Shown here piece after piece: positions 25,539 to 36,852 of a stretch of 64,000 nt of DNA. Source of the stretch: Calcarisporiella thermophila CBS 279.70 (taxonomy: Eukaryota; Fungi; Calcarisporiellomycota); assembly GCF_041956535.1 (NCBI RefSeq), contig NW_027192192.1, forward strand, positions 1,339,111 through 1,403,110. The letters run 5' to 3'. Position 1 is the first letter of the stretch; every line of letters starts with the position of its first letter. The translations under genes were made by a program, and so were the position numbers. The notes below the pieces were generated by a model. That model ran no database searches and had not been told where the DNA came from. It saw only the letters and a list, made by a program, of their open reading frames with translations.

Positions 25539-27238
25539 TCAGAGCTTTTCCAAGTACAAACAAGAAATTTCAGTACGCGGGATTTTGGCATCTCGGTTCA
25601 CGAGTTTTACAAATCTGCTAGTGCCTTCATCACGTAATACAATGCTTAATGTGTTGGGTCGAGGTGAAACTGTCAACAGTGTCTCAGTCGCAACATAGTG
25701 TGTTTGACCATCCCACTCGTCAACATTCCATTCCGCATCTGTAGGAAGAAGAAACAAGGTAACATCCATACCAAGGGGCTCTTGTGCATTATCATGCAAC
25801 AGAGTGTAACATCCTTCTTGGAATTGCCGGTATTCCACGTGCACTTTGGCTACATTTACATGGGTGATCTTATAGATATACTTTGCAAATCTCTCCGACG
25901 AGAACACGGCTTGGATTTGTCGGATGAGTTGGAGGCGAGATGAAGGAGTAGTCCAGGGGTCTTGAGAGGGTGGTACTGGTGTATAGTAGCGCCGCACATT
26001 TGCAGGGCCAACGACGCTCCAATTTATCATACCCAATGATTCAATTAAACGCTGATAAATATCCTCCTTCAAGAATTTTTGAAGCTCGACGCATGATTTT
26101 TCCACAAATACCGATCGAACACTAGCCATGTTTTCATCGGAAAGGTAATCAGTATTGATAAAGTCGCGGAGATTGAGCTCGCATGGATCCAATTCGCGGA
26201 ATCGAACGTTAGTTAAACGCCGCTCTGATGAACCATAGAACCAGCCAGAGATAGAAACTCGTGTGCGATCGGGACGAAGAACTTGAGAAACTTGATGATA
26301 GGAAGCACGAGAAAGCTCGAAAAAAGCAAGGGAGTTCCAGCGAGGAACAATAGAATGTACTATTTTGCGTGGATTATTACGTTCATCACTTGAATAAAGT
26401 AATATATTGATGGTTTAGGTGATGTAATAAAAAGGAATATTTTTACTACTTACGTGTCAAAGAGATCAAGAGTGCCTCCATCCTCCAGAGACCAATCTTC
26501 TGGAACTAAATAGAGAATAAATGCTATCCTTCTGCCTTTTTCTCCTTCGTTGATATCATCATCATGGCATAGCAAGTAGTTCTTGTACCGGTATTGATGT
26601 GCCGATAAATCGATCGGGTAGGGGCTCAACTCTATATCCGTGAGTCGAGACATAAGTGAAATGAACTTGGAAGAATATATATAATTTCTCAATGCTGCCA
26701 AGTGAGGCTTTTCCGAGGATATGAGATCATTCGACTGGTAGAATTCATAGAGATCGTTCGATCGGTGGGAGAAATTTTCGCGAAGTGCCTCGCTCTTTAC
26801 AGCATTTACAAACTCGTCATCAAACAAGTTGGGTAGTTCTGCGCATGGAAAAGGGTTAGGCCAAATGCATGCGCCTGATTCCGTATCCTTGAAAGGATTA
26901 CATCGGCGAAAAGCATCAACGAAATCAGCGATGAATGATTCATTCTGATACCGATGATTAAGAGTGGGCTGCAAAGTAGCAGCGGAGGGCAATGATGATA
27001 ATTCTGATACGGCGTTTCGCAAATTGGTGTGTGGAGTGGGAGTTACGAGCGAGAGTCCTTGGTCATTTGTAGGTATCTGCGAGTTATCTGAGGCTTCCGA
27101 GTCAGGTTTCTCGAGTTTTTCTTTACTCGCGGAGTGATAATGTTTTGGTTTCTTGGGTGTACGTGGGATCGGCGGTGGAGTTTTCTCTTCGCGTGGAGTG
27201 CGAAAAGATGGTGTGGATGCTTCATCAGATTTTGTCAT
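25539..27238 (-). CDS. TPA1: 2OG-Fe(II) ribosomal prolyl hydroxylase OGFOD1/Tpa1, 2 exons
   Basis: DLYEFYQS.DL, YLLCHDD...RRIAFILYLV..W...DGGTLDLF, PRWNSLAFF, SYHQV, RVSISGWF, and a second domain with GPANVRRY and GCYTLLHD. The start codon is uncertain. Confidence 0.9.
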
Positions 27239-27581
27239 GTTTCTATTAATGTTATTTGAATCAGTTTCCGTTCCAAGATTGAGCGCGTCTGTGTACTGTT
27301 TCACGCGATTTGTGACTATTTATCCAGAGAGGTATGATAATAATAGATACTATTTGTCGCATAATAAAATATCAAATGGATATTATTTACAAAAAAAACA
27401 AGAGAGAATAAGTATAAAGAGAGAGAAGAAGTACACAATAAGTTTCCGGATATAGCATTACACACAATTAATTCAATATAATAAAAATACCCAGTTTCAA
27501 CCATAGTTGTCTAGTAAACACCGTGAGTATAGGTATCAATGAGGCAAAACATGAGATTAATATGAAATCAAGTGCCTTTGA

Positions 27582-30500
27582 TCATTGAGTTTGAAGCACA
27601 TGTTGCATAAACTGCTCGTATGTCCTACGAAAATCAAATAAGCATTAGTATGCTAATACTAACTAAAAATTTACGTTCTAATACTATATCCCCCCTCTTA
27701 CCATTTGGCACCTTTATGCCGATTGACAATTGTATGTATATCCGCAGCCCGGTGAGCATACATTGATCTATGTCTCGTGTGAGTGGTGTGTATGGTAGCT
27801 CTATGTCCATGAATCGCAGTTGCACGCACAAGAGGGCCCAGTAAAGCACGCGAGATTACCATTCCATTCAATAAAGGTCCAAAGAAAGGGATTCCCGCAT
27901 CACGATACACACGAATTGAGAACAAGCCATTTGGAAGGGGTGTAATTATAATTTGCACATTTCCAAAATCACCACCTATAGTTTCGACCCTGTAATCTCT
28001 TTGATGCTCGTTCCATACAATATGAACATGATCATTCCCGATGTGACGTTTCTATAAAATATTCGCATAAATATTAGAGCTATATTTTAGTATATTTATT
28101 TATATATAAAAATAATACCTTTTTCACTTGCTTATTATCGTGGGGATCGGTGGGCATTTTTGTAACGTCGTGGAAAATCATTTCAATTGTAGATGTACAA
28201 TAGTAGGTTGCCTTCGATCCGTTGGTTAAATTGCGCTCAAGCCCACCAAGGTATCCGGTGTGCGTCGTGATATCGACTTCCCAGCCGAGACTTGCAACAA
28301 ATTCATTGTACATGTTGCTTGCTTGCATATTCTGTAGAATCGCTTGTTCAGAGTCTTGACCCGGACCGATGTAGAGCACTCCAATTTTTATCGCTTCTCG
28401 ACTGTAAAGCAACGTATTAATAAAAGGCAGATATGAAATGTGTATTGGATATTTACCCCCGCTTCTTATCAAGTCCCTTTATATCTCTATATAATCCAGG
28501 TGACTTAGCCAATAGATGAAACGAGCGATCTTTGAGGACGTCATGGTTCAAGAAACCAAGATGACTTAGCAAGAGGCGGCATTGCTGGTATGGGCTCATG
28601 GGCTGTTCACCCATAGCAAAAGCGGAAGGGAGAAAAGAGTTTATTGGGACTCGCTCTGTCTTTGAGGTGCTCGTCGTTCTAATGTCATGCTGATGCCGCT
28701 CTTCGAGTATATGCCTCTCTAATTCCTTGCGAACATAGGAATATGTTGACGCTTCAGATGAGACCATATTTGCGCTTTGAGTTTCGTTCCCTGGGGCTAA
28801 CGCAATCTGTGTTTCCTTTACATACTTCAGCAGTTCTGTGAGCATATCCACGCCATCGGTCTTGCCGTCGGGTTGCCAAAGCGGCAATTCATTGGATTCC
28901 CTTGGGTAAGTTGGATTCTCCCTAAACACAAAAATGGATGTCAGAAAATCTGCAAAAGTCTAAAAAAAGATATGTATACATTTTAAACTCTTTAGGTGCT
29001 TGCTCAATACTTAATCCTTTTCTCACAACCAATTTGTCACGCATTTGTGTGTGCAACTCGCCATCGTCAAAATCGGGTATCAGCATGGCATTACTATTGC
29101 TTTGTGTTTTGCCCTTTTTCTTTCCTTCCTCAAGATTCATTTTGCTAAGAGTACAATAAAATGACTGCGCATCCCACGCATAGCGTCCAGTGACATCCCG
29201 CATTATAACCCTCGCCTTTTTGTATCCACTTGCTGTGCTTTCCATCCTCTCTGAAAATGCTAGGAGCATTGTGTCATTGAATGCAAAATATTGAAATGGT
29301 TCATCAATGTCCTCGTTCTGCTTTTCTCCGATACTGGACCCATATATAGTGGTATCCATAACGACCGGTCCGAATGGGACACCAAAATGGTTATGATGAT
29401 GTAGCAGATGCAATAATATATTTTCAGCAGATCCGTGGATCAAATTCTCGTCTGAGCTATGTTCTTCCGCCTCGCTATTCTCATTTCCAGATGTTGCTGA
29501 GCTGTTTTCAGATTGTGACCCATTAGCCTGAATCCTCTTTAGAGCAAAATTGAATGCTGTTCGTATATCCTTTGGGCGCATCGTTCCTATGGTTGCTAAA
29601 CTAGTTCCGGCCAATAGTGAAGATGAGGAGCTTTCTGTGGAAGGGGGTGGAGTGGGAGGGGGAGGAGGGAGAAGTTTTTCTGCCCCAGTTGTAGAACCGC
29701 CAGCCGTTTGCAATTGATCCGATCCAACATGAAGCGCATTATCGATCACCTCTAGGACTACGCGCGAAAGTTCTGTCGAATTGAAGAATTGTGGTTCCAC
29801 TGCCATTAGCCACTCCAATAAACATCCAAACAGTTTTGAAATTATTGGCCCGCTTCTCTTCCTCTGACTATTTCTGTGTGAATTAAGGTGCCAATGTAAA
29901 GCCTCAAGTAAATACGTAAATACAACTTGAGCGATCGATGCCTCAGGATCATATTCTGGTCTATAGGCTTGGACAAGCGTGCTAATACAGTCGGTGGCAA
30001 CCTCTACGACAGACAAAATGTCCCAATACAGATGTTCCATTACTGCAGTTAGACATTCGCGGATTAGTTTCGAATCAGCATTTGAAGTGGCATGAGTCAT
30101 TTCCTCTATAGCAAGAATGCAAATGCCACAGAGCAACTTTAAATGAGTATCTCGATATGCTTCCGATGCCTCTTTGATACTATGTGAAGTTTCAGCTTTG
30201 ACAAGAGCAATGAAGAGATCTTTCAAGGAATATTTAAGCTAGGAACAACAATTAACGCATAAGTCAGCTGAAGTGATTTGAGTATTAACAAGGGGAATTC
30301 ACCTGCAAGAAATTCGATGAACTTCTCTCATTTTCCACCCCAATACCAGCTGAATAGAGAGGAGTATTTTCCCAATATTGTGATAGGGATACTAGCGAAC
30401 ACAAGACATCAATACATTGTCCCCTAATGTGATCGGATAACTTCTCTCCCTTCCCTTTGCTCACTAAATTTTCCCTATCCCTCGAAAGGATCTGCCCGAT

Positions 30501-33500
30501 TGCGTCTAGATAGGTTGGTAAGAGGATATTGCATCCGGGCAAGTTTAGGGTGAAGATTTCGGCCCCATTCCTGATAATCGCATAAAACACGTTACGATCA
30601 CTCTCTGCGGTCAAAAGTCCATTCGAGACCGCACGATAAAACGGGGCATACATAGAATTAAACTCGGATGAGATTAAATCGCGTCTGCAAATAATTCTAC
30701 ATAAACATCCGTAGGCAGACGCCCTGCCAACTGCATAAACTGAAGGATCTTGCTCTACAGCCTGCAGCAGCCAAGGTAATAATTCATGGAATGGTGGTTG
30801 AAGAGGTGCGTCGAAGGCTTGTCTTGCACGGACAGCAGCTAATAGGTCCAACACATCAACTACTCCTTGTATAGCAAGGGCATGGTTTCCGGGGTTCAAG
30901 ATATCATTTGGGTTTCCAAGTGAACATATCATATTTTTCCATGTCCAGAGCACGGATTCACCATCCATAAACGCATTGCTAAGCTGGGTAAACTCAACGC
31001 AGCACAAAGAAGAGAGGAATGGGGTAAGATATTTTTCCAGTCTTTTATCGCTCTCGCTCGCAAGTCCAGATCCTGCATTCGGTAAAGCGGATGGTGTTAG
31101 TGGTATACCGGGAATTGTATTGATCGAAGCTGAATGTCTATTAGAACCATGTTCACCACCCATTGCCTCAGGTAAATCGCCGTGTCGGGAAATTCTATGA
31201 TTTGCTGTAGTTGTGTTGGGCATATCCGCTCGTACCGCTAGACCCGATGGAGAGTAAATTCTTGGATCGACACTGGCATAAGCAGAAGATATTTCATTTC
31301 GAGCCATCATGCTAACCGGGCGTCTTGGCATTTCCGCTCTATCTCCATTGTTGCTAGACGATGAGTTTCCGCCTGAAACTATCTCAAGCCCAGAACCAAT
31401 GCCTGACATTAGTTCATCTGATAAATTGAAGTTCGAAATATCACTATGGTGTAAACGGGCATGGCGGTGTCGCTTCTTTGAGATTATTTGCACATTACGC
31501 CCAATTGTGCTATAGGATTTTCTACATTGCACAGCAGCAGCTACCCTTGCCTCTTCTGCATCCACTCCATAGAGATGTCCAGAGAGTATTTTTGTAAGGT
31601 TCATCACCACCTGAGACCAGTGTGTAATCAATTTAGCCCATTCTGTTTGTGCAGCAAGTAATTCTCGTAGCTGTGCCCATAGTTTTTCGCATTTGCAAGG
31701 TGAACGTGCAAAACCATGTAAGAGAGTTTCAATACTGAAGTCCATTAGATCATCTACGATGCCCGTCGTAATATCTCTCATTGGTATATTGCTCGCTACT
31801 ATTTGGGTGTATATCTGATTATGAATGAAGAGCAAGCACGACAACATAGACTCCCATGTCTCATCCTCCAGCTCAATCCCGCTATAAACTACCACGGCTC
31901 GAAATAGGTTCAGAATATCCTTATAAGTTTGCACTTGCACGTCCATATCAGTTGAAAGAGGTTCTACTCCAGGAGTGTCGATTAGAGAATCCAAAGGATG
32001 TTCTTCAAAAGCGTGTAACAGCATTGAAAAATAGGATCGTAAAAACATGTTGGCCTGGGAGTAGCTACTAGAGGGTTTTGTGCTCGATGTTGCAAGGGGA
32101 TTGGGACAGGGTTGGGCAGTGTCCGTGAAGCTTGTTGGGGTAGAATGGAGATGTGACGTTGTAGATGTCGGTGAGATTACAGCTGAGCGCTCTGATTTTA
32201 ATGAAGTTGAGCTGCCTCCTAGTTTAAGTCGTGTCTTTCGCAAAAATGCTGGTCTTTCCTCCTCCTAAAAACATAATATTGTCCCAAATTACCCAAAAAT
32301 CACAGATTTAACCAGGGCTAATAAAAGCATATACAATACCTTACTAAGTACCAACACTCCAATAACATGTACCGCACTTTTCACGATATCTTTATACATA
32401 GGGTGACCTGCTGGTAATTTCAAGCATTGCCGTAATAGGTCATGCATAATCTCCCGGTGTTCAGAACTGCTGAAAAGGATAGATTTCAGTATGGGCGTAA
32501 CGGGAGACACTTGAACATGTGGATTGGGAGGCGATTTTGGAGGAGGATCGATGCAATAGCGGATGAGGAAAGTCATAAGTGCACGTAGAATTTTAGGCGG
32601 ACAAGAAGGAAATCCAAAATCTAATAAGCAGATAAAACATAAATAAAAACGCCTCTTCGTCGTTAAACAATTATTATACCTTTATCTTCGCTAACTCCTT
32701 CAATGTGTAAACGCCTTGCGCATGCAGGAAAAAATTTAACCAAATAGTATTTGCGCAAGATTGAAAGCATAAATTTTGCTGTCGCAAAAGCAGCATCTAG
32801 CCCATAACTAATCGGAACTCCATTATCCGTCTCTAACCCATCAGTATCAGTAAAATCAAGGTGCTCAGCTGGTGGCTCTGATCCTGCTGCAACATGTGCT
32901 AGGCGAACTAAATTTTCAGAAAATATTTCCAGAAGTTGGATTGTGTCTTGATATGAAGGGGGGTTTGGGTTTGGGAACAAAGGGAGGCGATCATCAGCAT
33001 GTATGGGAACCTGTCCGAGCCGACATTTTCCATCGTGTAGAGAAGACGAGTCAATAGTCGAGTTATGTGTAGAAGAATCATTCAAGAAAAGGTTCAGGGG
33101 AAGAGCGTTCGCGAAGAGATGCATGGTAGGTTTACTTTCCGCCATTTGGCAATTAAGCCAGAGGAGAAGAAGGCGAAATCCTTGTGCCCGAAGGTTTGGA
33201 TGATTTCCGTGATCAAGAATGTGCACAAGCATAGAGGCTAAATAAAATATATATACACATATTAATCTTAGACGCTCTAATAGGCATTTTGAGGTGATTA
33301 TTGACTTACTAATTGATTCGCTCTGCCAGCCTGTTCGTATTAATTCAGGGCAATAAATAAATACTTTACGTAAAAGAAATAAACACCGTGATAATTGAAT
33401 CATGTCCTTTGACGTAAAAGACGTTGGTCGGTCCTTCCCTTCTGTATTGGATGAATCAAGATAGGGTTAAAATAAGAAATATATAAACTATAGACATTCG

Positions 33501-34501
33501 ACTTACTCTTGATTTTTTCAACCTGATGAATAAATGTGTTATGGATCACGTTAAATATCCGTTCGGCATGTTCTAAAAAGAAATTGGCCTGATCGAGTGC
33601 ATTCGAAGCGTCTACGTGTCAAGAGATGAAGAAGAGGGGCATATTATTTTACTGGATGGACTAAAGGTAAAATTCTAAATAACATGTACTTACGGATAAA
33701 ATTCCAAAGTGATGCAAGTCTTGCCCTATGTTTTTGACGTTCATCAAAGAAGGGTTTTGCTCTCTTGAGCAATTTCTCTAATCGGTCACCGCCTGGATCT
33801 AGCACGGAGCTTGAAGATGAATGTGATGCTGTCTCTCCTAACCCAACTCCCATATAAATTTCACCAATAGCTTCTTGGGAATTGGAAGTGAGATGCTCAG
33901 TAACAGCACGCTTTTGTGTCATGGTCTCACCAGCATTGTGGTCATTAACTGCGCGAAGAAGACGAAATTTGGGGGTTCGTATAGAGCTGTTTCCCATCGT
34001 TTTGCTTCGAGTAATATTTCCACTATGGGATGAGGAGCCTGGATGGGAATCTGCCAGAGGGAGTATATTTTCTCCATGTTCATTACTTGGTCTAGCATCC
34101 GTAGTAGATTGGTCCGTAGTTGGAAACATAATATTTGGTCTTGGAGTTTTGTTTCCAAAAGATTTGCGTCGAAGCGATGAAAACATGCGATCTAATTTTG
34201 AGCCTTCAGAATTATTTGGGCTCGAAGAAGAGCGCATAGCATGAGAAACGCTGAGGTGAGATGCATAAGAAGGCCCACCATCGCTCACACTTCCTTCGTC
34301 GCCACTATTATGCTGATGCTGAGGTTGAGGATTGGATTTATCGACATGATGTAAGTGGGGCGAGGGAGGTGTAGGTGTAGATTTGTGTTGTTGAGTAGAC
34401 GAATCTATACGTCGAGCACGCGAGAAAATCCGAGCAATTTGATGGCCTCCTTCGTTTTCTTCTTCCGGCTCGCGAGAGCCTGTGTGATCTTTCTTGCGCA
34501 T
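27582..34501 (-). CDS. RALGAPA: Ral GTPase-activating protein alpha subunit (RapGAP domain), multi-exon
   Basis: N-terminal RALGAPA-like CPELIRTGWQSESI and ILDHGNHPNLRAQGFRLLLLWL. GAP domain KIGVLYIGPGQ, FVASLGWEVDITTHTGYLGGL, Asn-thumb KKRHIGNDHVHIVWNEH and PFFGPLLNG...LVRATAI. Confidence 0.9.
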
Positions 34502-34704
34502 TTCGAATTGCTAGGAGGAATGTCTTAGTATTTTTAAGGAATAATGGAACTTTTTATATAGGATTTTTACAGGTGTCTCTGTGACGTATAATTAATAATT
34601 TAAAATTGCAATATTAAGGAGAACGAAATACAAAATACGGTCGACATTGCAATACTTTTTGGATCTATAGATAACTTTAAACATACATAATGAACATATT
34701 TCGC

Positions 34705-35216
34705 TTAACCCCAAGCTCGCCCACCTTCGCTTACAATACCCATTAGAAAAGCGGAGCTTGCGAGTACATCAAAACGGCCATCAAAGGAAGATAGCGTAAG
34801 TGCTGACCAGATTGCCTCGAGATCTCTAAGATAAAAAACGTCTCACATTATTTCGTTTGTCTCCCTATTAATTATGCTTGGATTTAACATTACTCTCTGT
34901 TTATCCGCAGGACACCAACTTGTGCTTCTTCTTCCCATAAAAGCACATCCGCATGTGCTCCTGAGCCAAGTACACCATATAGTTGTCCCATGGCCTGCGA
35001 AAGGTTATTCCTAAACATAAGCTCTGTAATCGCTGCATCTGAGGAAGGAACACTAGATATAAGATGTATATTATGAAAATGAGTTTATAAACCATCTACC
35101 CTTTGAAGTCAACTCGACCTAAATGCTTACAATTTTACACGAAGGTACCAGTATCCGGACTCCTCGCTTTGCGATGAGATAGTGTACTTTTTATTCATTG
35201 CATTCTCATTGGTCAT
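34705..35216 (-). CDS. RPP14: RNase P/MRP subunit Rpp14/Pop8-like, 121 aa, 3 exons (35131-35216; 34894-35052; 34705-34825)
   Basis: Spliced product ...GYWYLRVKFVPSSDAAITELMFRNNLSQAMGQLYGVLGSGAHADVLLWEEEAQVGVLRINREDLEAIWSALTLSSFDGRFDVLASSAFLMGI..., colinear with human RPP14. The ORF track shows only a wrong-frame ORF here. Confidence 0.85.
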
Positions 35217-35335
35217 GGGTTCTTGAATCTTTGGGTGGCAAAGAGAAAGTGCACATCAATCAAATAGCGAGCACTTGTTTACGGGCCAATTTTGCGTGAC
35301 GTGACATTAATTTTTCAAATTCTTACTCAAGGTAA

Positions 35336-35341
35336 ACGCGT
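35336..35341. promoter_or_regulatory. MCB-like element ACGCGT about 80 bp upstream of the securin ATG
   Basis: Exact ACGCGT in AT-rich flanks. Function is inferred from MBF control of yeast securin. Confidence 0.4.
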
Positions 35342-35418
35342 TTTACTTGACATTTTTATTTTTACACCTTTTTTATACCACTATTTCTAATTGTCTCGTG
35401 ATTGAATAATTAATTAGT

Positions 35419-36479
35419 ATGCTTCGCGTCACCAGCGATAAAGAAAATATTGTTACGTTTCATCCTCATCATAAGACACCGGGTCTTAAACGTCATGATG
35501 AGGCTCTCAGTACAAAATTTCCAAAAACACCAGCAATTGCCACTCCATTAGGTAGCTAGCATTAATCAGAAAAAAAATTAAATGAAGCTAAATTAAGCTG
35601 TCTGATATTACCAATAGCTAACAAGAGTAACGTGCATGGCAATATTCAAGGCCATCAAAAGATGTCAAAGCCTTTCCAGACCAATGAACGCCCCGCGTTG
35701 CGCAATATCACCAATAAGACGCCTTTCCCTGCCGAAAAAGATAAAGAGAACAAGACTCTCAAGAAGACGACAAAAAAGACAGTAATTCGAGTCGATAAGT
35801 CTACAAAACAAGAATTGAAGCAAGAAATTGAAGCGAATGTAAAAGTGAAAGAGAAAGAAGGAGATGATGTTCCAGATATCGAGTATATGCCTCCACCAGT
35901 TGAAGGTAAACTGCTCTCCTAAATGTCATCTACTTTAATTAACGTTACTCTATGTTCATGCAATTATAGAAGTTCCTTTTGAACCTGAATTTGATATAGA
36001 TTTTTCTATTTTCCGACATCGACCCACGGCTGATGCATATGAATACGCGAATATTAAGCCCGTGGACCCCCCAACCCCTAAATTCCAGCCTGAACGCCTT
36101 GATTTCAACGGTAGGTTGAAACTTCCAGTTGATTAAATCTTGCAATCCTTTGCTTCTCGTAAATTCCATGCTAACCAACTCATTCTATTCTACTTTAGAT
36201 CCACTATTAATTGCATTAGACAGCCCTATTGACAGAGAAATATCAAGGCGTGGAAATCAAAAAAATATTAAAAGACTCCAAGGTGTATCCTCGCGACTCT
36301 TGGCAAATACAGTGGCCAGTGCTGCGCGCTCCAAGAATAATCTTTTAGTCAAAGAGAAAAATAAAAATATTGGAACTACACGTATTGCGTTATCTTCAAA
36401 AGCAGGAACAAGGGCAGCATCAGCAGATCGGGGGCTCAGTAAGGGAGAGAGAGGTTCTAAAGGCAAGACTGAGAAATAG
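35419..36479 (+). CDS. Securin (Cut2-like separase inhibitor), 4 exons
   Basis: N-terminal KEN box (SDKENI), KTP CDK-type sites, D-box RPALRNITN, a second KEN, and separase-binding DVPDIEYMPPP as in fission-yeast Cut2. Confidence 0.8.
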
Positions 36480-36852
36480 ATTAGGACGAGGGATACTTTT
36501 TTTACGACCCTGTCATATAGATTTAGCCTCGAAACCGTGTATATTAGCTTATTTTTTATTCAGTCGTTTATCTTTTTTTTTTCGCACTGGACTTGCCTAA
36601 ACTTCGTATATAGCAATAATCTTAAATCTATATAATTTTTTCGAGAGACGTAGAAAAATAACGGGGACAGTCTTGTGAGCAATACATAAATGAGAAATTC
36701 TAAGCAAGTATAAAATATGAGAAGATTTAAATATACAACAGTAATGTTCAGCCCAAGCATGAAATAATTTGTGTCATGTACAATATAGATAAATTATAGA
36801 GCAGAGATGGGAGATTCTAAAGCGAAAGAAAAAATATCTATCTTCAACTATA

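Noticed and set aside
34901-35095. 64-aa minus-strand ORF
   Set aside because: Wrong frame of RPP14 exon 2 plus intron sequence.
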